IMG/VR virus record: IMGVR_UViG_3300044837_000080
Coordinates: 1 to 56,618 of that record
Reading direction: 5' to 3' (one strand)
DNA from: a virus
Lineage: Duplodnaviria; Caudoviricetes
Length of the DNA: 56,618 bases
The position numbers were made by a program, and so were the translations under genes. Positions 7,606-17,080 of the stretch are shown one piece after another. The notes under the pieces were generated by a model, which made no database searches, had not been told where the DNA came from, and saw nothing but the letters and a program-made list of their open reading frames with translations. Within the stretch, counting starts at the first letter, position 1; every line of letters starts with the position of its first letter.

Positions 7606-7827
7606 ATGAGCAACCGCAAAGAAATCTATTACGCCGGACACATGGTCTTCATTACGCGTAGGTTCCTGAACAAGGAAACCGGCAAGATGCGAGTCCGGGT
7701 AAAGATCACTAACTTTGCGCGTACCGAAGTGGTGTGTGACGAGTACCACGATTTTGACGACATGCATACCGGAGACACCGCGTACTCAAAGCAGATCAAG
7801 CGATACACGAACCTGGGCATGAGCTAG
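7606..7827 (+). CDS. Hypothetical cassette protein
   Basis: Probably leaderless ORF directly after the promoter. Confidence 0.7.
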   Translation: MSNRKEIYYAGHMVFITRRFLNKETGKMRVRVKITNFARTEVVCDEYHDFDDMHTGDTAYSKQIKRYTNLGMS

Positions 7828-7854
7828 ACCCGGACCTGAAGAGAGGCAGAGATC

Positions 7855-8007
7855 ATGAGTGAAACCGAAGTGACTGTGACCGTGAACCGGCTGGACCTGG
7901 AAGCATTCCTTGACGACATGGCCGCGCGCCGGCTCCCGGACATGACCACAGCGGATGGAACGGACCGCGTACTGTTGGCTCTCCGTGAGACATACATAGG
8001 GGGCTAG
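7855..8007 (+). CDS. Small protein (50 aa)
   Basis: MSETEVTVTVNRLDL; GAGAGG SD; hairpin at 8018-8051. Confidence 0.65.
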   Translation: MSETEVTVTVNRLDLEAFLDDMAARRLPDMTTADGTDRVLLALRETYIGG

Positions 8008-8098
8008 TTCCCGAGCACGAGAGCCCCGATCGGATCACGGTCAGGGCTCTCGTCTGTCCAGGCTCGGAAAATCTATCTGGATTCCTTCCCGAGATCTA

Positions 8099-8127
8099 TT
8101 GACGGGATGATTTCCTGGCACTAGATT
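8099..8127 (+). promoter_or_regulatory. Array-1 promoter
   Basis: TTGACG-17-TAGATT. Confidence 0.8.
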
Positions 8128-8170
8128 CAGTATCACAACAGCACGCCGGCACACTGAAGGGGATCAGCTC

Positions 8171-8449
8171 ATGAGCGCACATGCCATCGGAACCATTGGA
8201 TTCCAAAGCTTGACGAGCCGGCCGGAGATCGTGACCCCTAACCGGTTCACGGTCACCTACCAGGTTTCCGGATCCACCGAGTGGATTCTCACTGAAGGGG
8301 AGTACACCACGAACAACCCCGAGAGCCGCGCCAATGAGCACGCTCAGAACCTTCGGACCGTGGGAGCTATCAAGACTCGGGTCAACGCGTTCCATGGTGA
8401 AATCGCGCTGTGGTCCCGTGAGGACTACGCGGTCATGCACGAAAGCTGA
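8171..8449 (+). CDS. Hypothetical cassette protein
   Basis: AAGGGG SD; hairpin at 8460-8493. Confidence 0.7.
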   Translation: MSAHAIGTIGFQSLTSRPEIVTPNRFTVTYQVSGSTEWILTEGEYTTNNPESRANEHAQNLRTVGAIKTRVNAFHGEIALWSREDYAVMHES

Positions 8450-8565
8450 ACCCCGAGCACGAGAACCCCGAGCCGCTGTGGCTCGGGGTTCTCGTCTGTC
8501 CAGGCTCCGGCCGGCTCGGGACACGGCTCGGGGCGGGAATCCATCCAGGTTTCCGGGTCCAGGGG

Positions 8566-8594
8566 TTGACCAGTAGTCACAACTGGTCTACTAT
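8566..8594 (+). promoter_or_regulatory. Promoter with GACCAGT-N7-ACTGGTC operator-like palindrome
   Basis: TTGACC-17-TACTAT. Confidence 0.7.
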
Positions 8595-8636
8595 CGAGAT
8601 AGACAACAGCACGCAGGACCTAGCGAGAGGCACAGC

Positions 8637-9839
8637 ATGTCGGAAGTCCGGAACGTCAATGACCAGTTCAATGCCGAGCGCGTAGCGCAGATGGAACGCG
8701 TGACCGACCGTCTCGCGTACCTGGAAGGGGAAGTGGCGCTCGGGAACATGCGCAAGCGGGATGACGGTCGATTCGAGGTTCTCGGCAACGGTTGGGACCG
8801 TGGCGAGATCTTCGGAGCCAACGGGATGCCGGTATCCGGCCTGGACACCCTATCCAACGGCAAGACGGCCTTCTACTCCAAGGACCTTCCCGCGTGGCAC
8901 GCACTCGGGACTGTGGTCCCCGGTGGACTCCACACCGCCGCTGAGGTTCTCATGGCCGGTGGACTCGCGTACACCGTTGCACAGAAGCCCGTCACGTTCA
9001 CGCCTGAAGGTTCCGCGGAACTGATCACGGTTCCCGGGTCGTTCGTGAACTACCGTACCGACAACGGGCAACCGCTCGGGGTAGTCGGGAAGTTGTACAC
9101 CCCCGTCCAACCCATCCAGGCGTACGGCATGCTGGATGAACTTCTGAACTACGGCATGGTGGCCGAAACCGCCGGATCGTTCAAAGACGGCGCGCGGATG
9201 TTCATCACGGCAAAGATGCCTACTCCGGCAGTCATTGACCCGGACGGCATCGCTGACGAGATTGAGCAGTACATAGCGCTGATCAACTCTCACGATGGAT
9301 CAACCCCGAGCATGGTTCTGGTGACCCCGTGGCGTATCCTCTGCGCGAATACCGCACGATTCGCCATTGCCGGAGCACAGACCAAATGGGCTATCCGGCA
9401 CACCACAAACGTAGCCTCCCGGATGAGTGAAGCGGCAACGTCGCTCGGACTCACACAGTCCTACTACTCAGCTTTTGCCGCTGAGGAAACCGCGCTGGTT
9501 CAGGCGGAATTCAATGGCAAGATGCTGGACAAGCTGATCACTCAGCTTTGGACTCCGGTCAAGGATGAGGACAACAAAACGGCTGCCACAAAGCACGCCA
9601 AGCGGCGCGCGATCATCCACGAGATTTGGGGGATGGAATCCGAGCGCGTAGGGAAGAACGCTTTCGCCGCTGAGAATGCCGTTACCGGGTACATCGATCA
9701 CTACTCGGAACTACGTCCCCGGTCCGCCGCGCTGAAGGGTAACCGTCTCGCGGCTCTCGGGGATGCGGTCATGTCCGAGAGCATGGATGCGATCAAGGAC
9801 CGGACTCACACGCGGCTCATGACCCTGACGAACCGCTAG
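8637..9839 (+). CDS. DUF932 / TIGR03299 phage-plasmid-like protein
   Basis: PAWH.LG, YTPVQ, ETAGS...G, NSHDGS, R..C.NT and RHT motifs. Confidence 0.85.
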   Translation: MSEVRNVNDQFNAERVAQMERVTDRLAYLEGEVALGNMRKRDDGRFEVLGNGWDRGEIFGANGMPVSGLDTLSNGKTAFYSKDLPAWHALGTVVPGGLHTAAEVLMAGGLAYTVAQKPVTFTPEGSAELITVPGSFVNYRTDNGQPLGVVGKLYTPVQPIQAYGMLDELLNYGMVAETAGSFKDGARMFITAKMPTPAVIDPDGIADEIEQYIALINSHDGSTPSMVLVTPWRILCANTARFAIAGAQTKWAIRHTTNVASRMSEAATSLGLTQSYYSAFAAEETALVQAEFNGKMLDKLITQLWTPVKDEDNKTAATKHAKRRAIIHEIWGMESERVGKNAFAAENAVTGYIDHYSELRPRSAALKGNRLAALGDAVMSESMDAIKDRTHTRLMTLTNR

Positions 9840-9925
9840 CACGATCCGGCCGGACTCCGCTCGGGGTCCGGCCGGTACCGTCCCGGAACAGGGACGGGAG
9901 CCCTCTACAGAAAGTAGGTACGGAG

Positions 9926-10093
9926 ATGGGTAAGCATAAGATGTGGGTTCTCAAGACGGGGGACGGTATGGATCCCATCTCGGGGACCGGGGGATCTGCT
10001 CTCGTTCACAGTAAGAAAGACCTGGACCGGCGTAAGGCTGAAGCCAAGAAAGCCGGCGTCCGGATTACGGTGGAAGAGTACAAAGGGGAGTGA
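9926..10093 (+). CDS. Small basic protein (55 aa)
   Basis: MGKHKMWVLK...VEEYKGE. Confidence 0.55.
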   Translation: MGKHKMWVLKTGDGMDPISGTGGSALVHSKKDLDRRKAEAKKAGVRITVEEYKGE

Positions 10094-10303
10094 GAGCGTC
10101 CCTAGCGCATGCTCCGGCCGGACCCTGGTTCAGGGGTCCGGCCGGCTCCGTTGTGCGGGCTCTCGGCTGGATGAGAGCCGCTGTGCCGTACCCGCTGTGC
10201 CTGCCCGCTGTGGTGACTGGGAGCCGGTATCTTTCAGTGAAAGTTACATGGCAAGTATTCTGGATCAGTTGCGTTAGACATCCCGGCATGGTTAGATAAG
10301 GGC

Positions 10304-10528
10304 ATGGCAAACGAAAGAGGTTCAATGATCGAGATCTCGGACCGGTTCAATGGGCGCATGATGGCCATGGCTACCGAAACCGGAGTGCTACAGACCGATC
10401 TGATCATCATCGCGGCAAAGGTCCAAGCCACGATCAACGGGGCATCTAACCTCAGCGCTAGTGGGCAAGCTGCACTGAGTGAGGTTCTGTCACTGATCAC
10501 GGACCGGCGTACCGAGCAAGGATTCTGA
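10304..10528 (+). CDS. Hypothetical protein
   Basis: Follows a TTGCGT...TAGATA promoter-like sequence; hairpin at 10540-10564. Confidence 0.6.
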   Translation: MANERGSMIEISDRFNGRMMAMATETGVLQTDLIIIAAKVQATINGASNLSASGQAALSEVLSLITDRRTEQGF

Positions 10529-10583
10529 CATTGATCATGGGGGACCGATTGACAATCGGTCCCCTATCTGATTGGATATCCAT

Positions 10584-10754
10584 ATGAGCAACTACGGATC
10601 TTGCACATGGTGCGGACACGAGCTAACCCCGAGTGAGGGTCAACCTTCGGACTCCGCTGAGATCATGCTGGAATGTGCGATCTCGGGATCCGAGGAATGT
10701 ACCGCTGAGTGGTTTACGTGGGAAGCCGTCCTAGGATCCCTCTCCGGCCAGTAG
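10584..10754 (+). CDS. Small Zn-finger-like protein
   Basis: CTWCG...C...C; hairpin at 10766-10798. Confidence 0.6.
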   Translation: MSNYGSCTWCGHELTPSEGQPSDSAEIMLECAISGSEECTAEWFTWEAVLGSLSGQ

Positions 10755-10860
10755 GCACCGAGGTAGAGATCCCGATCGGGAAACCGATCGGGGTCTCTTG
10801 CGTTACGGCTATTCGTATGATTAACTGTGTTCAGAAGGTTCACCTAGCAAGGGAGACAAC

Positions 10861-11139
10861 GTGCGGTACTTCGGAGACAACCAGAAGATGGCGCTTAACT
10901 CACTCTCCCGAGCGAGTTACCCCGGTGGTGGCTGGAACATGGGGAGCTACAGCCGTACCGCTCGGATCCTGGAATCCCTGTTCACGCGGGGACTGGTGGA
11001 CAAGGTGACCCCGTCCAACGGTTGGACGGCTGTGATTTACGAGATCAACGGAGCCGGCCGGACCGCGCTGGATGAGATTCAGGAGGAAGCCCAAAGGGAC
11101 TATGACGAGACCGTACGGGACGCGTGGTACGGACGCTGA
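10861..11139 (+). CDS. Hypothetical wHTH-like protein
   Basis: LESLFTRGLV...YEINGAGRTAL; GGGAG SD; hairpin at 11148-11180. Confidence 0.65.
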   Translation: MRYFGDNQKMALNSLSRASYPGGGWNMGSYSRTARILESLFTRGLVDKVTPSNGWTAVIYEINGAGRTALDEIQEEAQRDYDETVRDAWYGR

Positions 11140-11244
11140 TCCGAGTGAGAGACCCCGATCGGGAAATCGATCGGGGTCTCTTGCGTTACGGTTATCGGTA
11201 TGGTTTACTGGTTTCTAGATGGTTCACCTAGTGAGGGAGCGCGA

Positions 11245-11436
11245 GTGTCTGAAGGCCGGAAAGTCAGCAAAGAGGAACGCCGGCAAGCTATCGGCGGTGT
11301 GGTCAACGAGTCCGAGCGCGGACAGTGCGGCTACTGCGGGGACTGGTACGACGTACCGAGCACGGGAGACATGGGAGTCTGCCGAGCGCACGCATGGGCG
11401 CACGTCCACAACACCCTGACGAGTGAGGGTTACTGA
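11245..11436 (+). CDS. Small Zn-binding protein
   Basis: CGYCG...CRAH; hairpin at about 11444-11477. Confidence 0.55.
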   Translation: MSEGRKVSKEERRQAIGGVVNESERGQCGYCGDWYDVPSTGDMGVCRAHAWAHVHNTLTSEGY

Positions 11437-11494
11437 GCTGAGCAGAGAGCCCCGACCGGTGTCCGGTCGGGGCTCTCGTGTGTTCCGGGCTCGG

Positions 11495-11980
11495 TTACGG
11501 GGTACCGGCCGGCTCTGGATGCGTGCTCGGGGATATGGTCCGGGTCACGGTGTGAGTTGGTCCAGGGACCGCTACCCATTTGGTTACCGTGGGACCGGGG
11601 ACCGGTGTCGGCTTCACAGCTCGCACTGTGACCCTGGTTCTTGGCAGGGTCACGGTAGGACCGGGAGAGAGCACCATGAGTGTACGGACCGAATCAGAGC
11701 CGTCCACCGTTAGTTCAGCGGATGGGGATGCCGAGAGGCTCGGACCAACTAGCCGTACCTCACTCGGGACCCTGAAAACCAGATAGCTACTGATCGCGCA
11801 TACCGTCACCACAAGTCCGGCCACAGCGGCGTACGCGGCTCGGGGTCTACGTCGTGACGGCTCGGGATCCGTGTCCGGCTCGCCCCCTTGCCACGCTCCG
11901 GACTCGTCCCGTGCCAGCATCCCGAAGGCTAGTGTGTCCTCAGGTGGGTTTCCCTTATGTCTGCCAGCGTGCTTGCTCAC
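11495..11980 (-). CDS. Single-TM membrane protein with Pro/Thr-rich tail
   Basis: TM segment AAYAAVAGLVVTVCAISSYLVF; repeated PGPTVT. Confidence 0.6.
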   Translation of the reverse strand: MSKHAGRHKGNPPEDTLAFGMLARDESGAWQGGEPDTDPEPSRRRPRAAYAAVAGLVVTVCAISSYLVFRVPSEVRLVGPSLSASPSAELTVDGSDSVRTLMVLSPGPTVTLPRTRVTVRAVKPTPVPGPTVTKWVAVPGPTHTVTRTISPSTHPEPAGTP

Positions 11981-12237
11981 TAGGCTGCCTCTCGGGGATG
12001 GTACTTCCCTTGCTTGATCCCTAGCTGAAGGTTCCCTATGTGGTACCACCCTTCAGTGTTGCCGCACGCATAAACCCTAAGCTTCTCACCGGGGTAGCGG
12101 TTCCGGGATGCGTACCTTGCATCTGCCCTGTTTGTGTACACCATTTTCTGGCAGTGATCGCAGAACCCTACCGAGTGACCTTTGAGTGCGTTACTGGTGG
12201 ACTCCACTCTGTAATGCCGATTCCGAGTGCTGGACAT
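11980..12237 (-). CDS. Hypothetical Zn-binding protein
   Basis: CDHCQK..Y...A...Y.C....WYH. Confidence 0.65.
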   Translation of the reverse strand: MSSTRNRHYRVESTSNALKGHSVGFCDHCQKMVYTNRADARYASRNRYPGEKLRVYACGNTEGWYHIGNLQLGIKQGKYHPREAA

Positions 12238-12328
12238 GTCCTCACCTTCCTTTGAGAATGGGAACGTAAAAACGAACAACGGCTCGGGGTCCAGTATGAA
12301 CCCCGAGCCGTCAGGTTGTGCGGATGAA

Positions 12329-12805
12329 TCAGCTAGCGGCCGGCGCGCTGAACGGATCCCGTTCCTGAGCGGCCTTCCAGTTCTGGTACCAGGTGAGAGC
12401 CTTCGTGCGGTCTGCGCTCGGGTTGGGGAGCGCGTTCAGGACCCAAGCAAACTCACCTTTCTTGCTCGGACCCTTGACGAGCCGGACGGGAACCACCTTC
12501 CCGATCTTGCTCTGAAGCGAGGACACCACGCCTACTTGCCACTGCCACGCGCCGGAGAATTCCTCCCCGGTCAGCTCGGGGTCCAGCGGGCAGTCGATCA
12601 CGTAGACATCCGACTTGACAGCCGGCGACGGCTTGCCAGGAACAGAGTTGACGGTCGGGAAGTTGGGGCTGTACTCCAGTGGCATGAACAGGAGGAGTGC
12701 GCCTTCCAACCGTCCCATCATGTTCTTGTCAATGAAGCTGGAAGATCCGGGATCCTCAAACGGGTCCGGCTCGGTGCCGTTTGCGGTGGCGGTGTTTTCG
12801 GTCAT
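12329..12805 (-). CDS. Putative ssDNA-binding protein
   Basis: Position near the exonuclease; beta-rich sequence; C-terminal DPF. Confidence 0.45.
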   Translation of the reverse strand: MTENTATANGTEPDPFEDPGSSSFIDKNMMGRLEGALLLFMPLEYSPNFPTVNSVPGKPSPAVKSDVYVIDCPLDPELTGEEFSGAWQWQVGVVSSLQSKIGKVVPVRLVKGPSKKGEFAWVLNALPNPSADRTKALTWYQNWKAAQERDPFSAPAAS

Positions 12806-12850
12806 GTCATGCTCCCTTGCTTTGATTGGGCTTTGGTACTGGATGCCGGT

Positions 12851-13270
12851 TCAGATTTTCCGTATCGGCATGGGATCTCGGCTATCATTGTACTTGAAAA
12901 ACATGGTCTGAGTCTCTCCGGGCTCCCCTCCCATGTAGGCGCACTCGGGTACCCCGTAGTTGCGATCCGTCACGTCATAGATCGTTGCCGTGACCCCGTT
13001 AGAGAATTCCCACACTTCCCCCGTCTTAGGGATCCGGCGTGGGTTCGTCTCGGGGCTAGGGTTGGCATCCGGCACGGTCGGCATAGCTGAGAGGATGCCT
13101 TCGGTTACCTCGCGCTCAGCGGCTAGCTGTGCCCGTAGCGCTACCGAAGCGGCAAACCACGCATTTTGAACACCGATGGGGAGGTCTTCCCACGCCGGCT
13201 GGAAGTACCCGGTACCGTCCATCACAGCGGCGTATCCAGCGTACGCGGTTTGCGCGTAATCCTCACTCAT
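12851..13270 (-). CDS. Hypothetical protein
   Basis: AY..Y...P.WEDLP...Q.AW pattern; coupled to upstream gene. Confidence 0.65.
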   Translation of the reverse strand: MSEDYAQTAYAGYAAVMDGTGYFQPAWEDLPIGVQNAWFAASVALRAQLAAEREVTEGILSAMPTVPDANPSPETNPRRIPKTGEVWEFSNGVTATIYDVTDRNYGVPECAYMGGEPGETQTMFFKYNDSRDPMPIRKI

Positions 13271-14316
13271 GCGCTGATCTCCCTTGGTGCTGGCACTTGC
13301 GTTTGGATTTGGCGTTGACGTTTGATGCCGAGCCGTTCCAGTTCCTTTGACCACATCCCTAGGTCTGTTGCCTCTCGCCACACTGCCGAGAGATCTTCAG
13401 CTCTGGTAGCGGATTCGATAGCCACGCGGAAACGGGTGTCGTTAACCCATGGTTGGATCAGACTCTTCCCTAGTTTCCGCTTTGCTTTGACTTCCAGTGC
13501 CATCATAGCACACGCGTAACCCTCGTCAATGTCCACGCGGTACAGGTCGCACTTTCCCGAGCCGACCGGAGCATGCATGATCACAGCCATGTGAGGGTTC
13601 ACGGCTTCTGGCATCCGTTGCCATGCCGCGTGTTCCTCACTCCACATCCAGTCCGCACGGGCGTAGATAGCCGTCTGGATAGCGAAGGTGAGGCCGCCGA
13701 AATCCACGGACGCTCCCGTTTTGAGATCCCCGATCAGGAACACTCCGGCGGACTCATCGAATAGGACCCGGTCCAGGCGTCCGCATACCCCGAGCGCTGT
13801 GGAGAGAACTACGCGTTCCATGAGTGCGGGGACCACCTTCAGACCGTTCCGGCTCAGGGTGTCCCGGTACGCGTCCAGATCCCGCATGGTGGCCGGAGAT
13901 AGCCGAGCCTTAGTTAGATCCTCCCCATGGTCCAGACGTTCCGCGTAGGCGTGCTGAGCGGTCCCCAAGTTGGCACCGATCCGAGCGCCGGCGGCATCCT
14001 TGGCTTGCTCCACAATCGCGTTCAGCTCGTCCCGATCCTCACGGACATCCATGGAGTGTGCCAGTGCCGCTAGATCCGGCCGGATGGCGATACCCTTTGC
14101 GGTCATCCGCTGAAGCCACAGATTCAGGTGGTACGGGTCATCCATGATTTTCGCGATGGTTGACGCGCGCTGGTAGAGAGCCGGTTTGCCAGTCTCGGGG
14201 TTGGGAAGGTCATACCATCCCCATTTACCATGCCGGACCTTCTCTCCAGGCCGGTACACTCCCGGTGTACTGGACCCCGTACCGTTGTCCGGATCCGTGA
14301 AGCCATCATCGGTCAT
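13267..14316 (-). CDS. PD-(D/E)XK (Cas4/RecE-like) exonuclease
   Basis: GTAQH, E..V, GRLD, DLKTG and Q.AIY motifs. Confidence 0.85.
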   Translation of the reverse strand: MTDDGFTDPDNGTGSSTPGVYRPGEKVRHGKWGWYDLPNPETGKPALYQRASTIAKIMDDPYHLNLWLQRMTAKGIAIRPDLAALAHSMDVREDRDELNAIVEQAKDAAGARIGANLGTAQHAYAERLDHGEDLTKARLSPATMRDLDAYRDTLSRNGLKVVPALMERVVLSTALGVCGRLDRVLFDESAGVFLIGDLKTGASVDFGGLTFAIQTAIYARADWMWSEEHAAWQRMPEAVNPHMAVIMHAPVGSGKCDLYRVDIDEGYACAMMALEVKAKRKLGKSLIQPWVNDTRFRVAIESATRAEDLSAVWREATDLGMWSKELERLGIKRQRQIQTQVPAPREISA

Positions 14317-14465
14317 GAGCGGTTCCCCTTCAGGCTTTTGATTATGTCCTTTGCGGCTTTCGTGACTTCCTTGTCATGGATGCGCTGTTGCTCCGGACTC
14401 ATGGCATCGAAATCCAGATGTTCGGAAATCAGCCTGTCCAGCCTCTGGTCTGGAGTCTCACTCAT
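14313..14465 (-). CDS. Small protein (50 aa)
   Basis: MSETPDQRLDRL; ATGA overlaps on both sides. Confidence 0.6.
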   Translation of the reverse strand: MSETPDQRLDRLISEHLDFDAMSPEQQRIHDKEVTKAAKDIIKSLKGNRS

Positions 14466-14713
14466 GAACGGTTCCCCTTCTGTTTCGGGCACATCCCGTA
14501 TTCCCTGTCATACTTGCTTGGACACGTTCCGATCCGTGACCGTACCGAATCTGGACACTCGCACAGGGTACTGGGCTCGGATACGCCGGCGCTCCGTAGA
14601 AGGTCCTGAAGACGGCTCTCCACATACTCGGGTGTGAACCGAACACTGATCTCAGATTCGATACGGGCATAGGCATCCGCTAGGATTTGTTCTAGCTTCT
14701 CATCATCGGTCAC
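14462..14713 (-). CDS. Hypothetical protein
   Basis: Coupled ORF in the leftward operon. Confidence 0.55.
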   Translation of the reverse strand: MTDDEKLEQILADAYARIESEISVRFTPEYVESRLQDLLRSAGVSEPSTLCECPDSVRSRIGTCPSKYDREYGMCPKQKGNRS

Positions 14714-15033
14714 TGATCATCACTATCCCAATACCCGAATCCATATCCTGATCTCGGCTCCCGTACGGGCTCGGTGCAGGATTCGCACTCCCATCCACCT
14801 GAGCCGTTAGCCCGGATGGTATCACCTTCACTGATTCCGGAACAGTCCCCGAGATCGCACTCCCCATCGAATCCCGCGATGAACCAGGGGCCGGCTTCGG
14901 ACTCGCGAGGATCCGTGAACGGGTCCGGCTCCCGGATCACGGTGTTAGCTATGATCTCACTCACGAGAGCCTTCCCGGTAGTGATCGGATCCGTTTCCCC
15001 ATAGATCCATATGTGAGTCTCGTCCGTGCTCAT
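14710..15033 (-). CDS. Hypothetical Zn-ribbon protein
   Basis: A.F.G.C...C...I..GD.I......W.C..C. Confidence 0.65.
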   Translation of the reverse strand: MSTDETHIWIYGETDPITTGKALVSEIIANTVIREPDPFTDPRESEAGPWFIAGFDGECDLGDCSGISEGDTIRANGSGGWECESCTEPVREPRSGYGFGYWDSDDQ

Positions 15034-16661
15034 GCCCGTATCTTCCTTAGTGGTTTGTCCAGTAGTTGCGACACTTGACGGATGCTAATAGCATCCGATA
15101 GGGATCCCTGTTTCATACCTTCGGTAATCGTAACTCCCATCATCTGGCCAAAGTTCACCATCTTTTCGGAGGGGTCACGCCTACGCCATGTCGCATTCCG
15201 AGCCGTACTGAATTCCAGCTCTGTAGCCTCTTGCTCTATCCATGCCTTACCGGTTTCCAGGTCCACATTACGGTGAGTCCAGCCGTGAACACCTTTGATG
15301 ATCGGTGCTTTGATCGGACGCCACCCTACGTGATACGACTCCGGCTCGGTTCCAGGCCATACGAAATACACATGATCCTTAGTGGTGACGAACCAGATAC
15401 CCATATCGGTCTGAAGCCAATTAGCGCGCGACCGGTGGAAGAGATCCACTTCCAGGTATGAGACCGCGTACCCGCGTAGCGCTGGATTCGCCTGATTGCG
15501 TTCCCGCGTGGCAGCTTCGGTCAGGGACTCCCCCGGACTCATGGTGAGAACACGCTTGCTCGTCAAGTCCACCAGCGATGCCAACCGGTGTTCCTGACTA
15601 GCTCCCACAACATCCAGGACGAGAGCCTGTGTCTTACCGGGGTACGGACGTAGCACTCTCCCCACCATTTGAACGTACAGACCGGAGGAAGTAGTAGGAC
15701 GCGCTATCACTACACACTGAGCCCGTGGCGCGTCGAAACCTTCAGTGAGTACCGCACAGTTGACGAGTATCTGAATCTTCCCGTCCTGGAAGTCCTTCAG
15801 CGTCCGGCGTCTGTCCTCTATCGACTGTGCTCCCCATACCGGAGCGGCATTCAGGCCGGCATCGTTCATAGCTTCAGAGAAAGCCATAGCGGTTTCAACC
15901 GTGGGAGTGAAGACGATACCCGGCATGTCCTTTGCGTGCTCTCCGTACGCGTCCGCTACGAATCCGGGAGCATCCGAGGATAGGAGAGCCTCGCTCAGGC
16001 TACTGATCTGGTAGTCCCCACCGGACATGGCCACTTCGGACAGTGAGAGCCCGTCCACGGTCACGATCTGTCCTCGGACATCACACAGGTACTCGGGGAT
16101 CATGTCCAGGATATCGCGCCGGAAAATGACCTCAGGCCACACGTCCCCGAGTGAGGATGAATCCGAGCGAACCATGGTAGCCGTGAAGCCCACGCACTTA
16201 GTACCCCGTCCGGGGTTCGTGCATCCGAGCGCTCTAAGGATACGCATATAGCCGTCTGCCGTAGCGTGGTGGCACTCGTCCACAATGACCAGACCGACAT
16301 CCCGCGTACCTGTGAGTTTGTCCAGCCGAGCCCATTTACTCAGTGTCTGCACGGACGCCACGATAACGTGGACATCTTCGATCTCGTTACGTTCAGCCTT
16401 GACCACGCCTACATGAAGACTCGGAGAGACTGCCTCCAATTTGGCTACGGTCTGTGTGATCAGCTCGTCACGGTGTACCAGGATCACTATCAGGGATTCG
16501 TGCCGGCGCTCCCACCTGTCTGCCAGATGCGAGAAAATCACGGTCTTACCCGAGCCGGTAGGGAGTACTACGGCTGCCCGTTGTTTGCCCTGGTCAAATG
16601 CCTTAAATATCTCGGCTATGCACTCGTCCTGATACGGACGTGGTTTAAGTAGTTGGGTCAT
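15030..16661 (-). CDS. SF2 DEAD/DEAH-box helicase
   Basis: RPYQ, PTGSGKT, DECH, TAT, LTEGFD and QMVGRVLR motifs. Confidence 0.95.
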   Translation of the reverse strand: MTQLLKPRPYQDECIAEIFKAFDQGKQRAAVVLPTGSGKTVIFSHLADRWERRHESLIVILVHRDELITQTVAKLEAVSPSLHVGVVKAERNEIEDVHVIVASVQTLSKWARLDKLTGTRDVGLVIVDECHHATADGYMRILRALGCTNPGRGTKCVGFTATMVRSDSSSLGDVWPEVIFRRDILDMIPEYLCDVRGQIVTVDGLSLSEVAMSGGDYQISSLSEALLSSDAPGFVADAYGEHAKDMPGIVFTPTVETAMAFSEAMNDAGLNAAPVWGAQSIEDRRRTLKDFQDGKIQILVNCAVLTEGFDAPRAQCVVIARPTTSSGLYVQMVGRVLRPYPGKTQALVLDVVGASQEHRLASLVDLTSKRVLTMSPGESLTEAATRERNQANPALRGYAVSYLEVDLFHRSRANWLQTDMGIWFVTTKDHVYFVWPGTEPESYHVGWRPIKAPIIKGVHGWTHRNVDLETGKAWIEQEATELEFSTARNATWRRRDPSEKMVNFGQMMGVTITEGMKQGSLSDAISIRQVSQLLDKPLRKIRA

Positions 16662-16768
16662 GAGTGCATCGATCGGAAAATCAGATAGAGACCTAGTCCA
16701 GCTAGGGAGTCCATCATCACAGCGTATGACAGGATGGATATCCATGTCATGATCCGCTTTCGGTCCAC
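16658..16768 (-). CDS. Small hydrophobic peptide (36 aa)
   Basis: AAGGGAG SD; stop overlaps helicase ATG. Confidence 0.45.
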   Translation of the reverse strand: MDRKRIMTWISILSYAVMMDSLAGLGLYLIFRSMHS

Positions 16769-16866
16769 GGTGCTCCCTTTGGATCTTCAGATGACAACCA
16801 GTCAGTTTCTACTGTACCATACGAGGTATGTACCAGGTACGCACCTACAGACAGTGAGGATCCCGA

Positions 16867-17076
16867 GTGAGTACGTACGTGAGACACGGATCCGTGCTCC
16901 GGCGCTACCGGCTCCGGGCCGGCTTAACCCAGCTCAGGCTAGCTACGGAGACCGGGATCCCTGTGAGCGCGGTCCGACAGTACGAACATGGCCGGTGTAT
17001 GCCGAGCGCTATCCGTGAGATCGTGCTCATGCTCGCGCTGGACATCCCGCCAATGATCTTGCTTTGGACCCGGTGA
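16867..17076 (+). CDS. XRE-family HTH regulator (Cro-like)
   Basis: LRRYRLRAGLTQLRLA.ETGI....V..YE.G...P. Confidence 0.85.
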   Translation: MSTYVRHGSVLRRYRLRAGLTQLRLATETGIPVSAVRQYEHGRCMPSAIREIVLMLALDIPPMILLWTR

Positions 17077-17080
17077 AACC

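Noticed and set aside
4846-8500. True integron with attC sites
   Set aside because: No tyrosine recombinase was recognised, and each unit has its own promoter and terminator-like hairpin
13267-14316. Cas4 as part of a CRISPR system
   Set aside because: Stand-alone phage exonuclease in a replication operon
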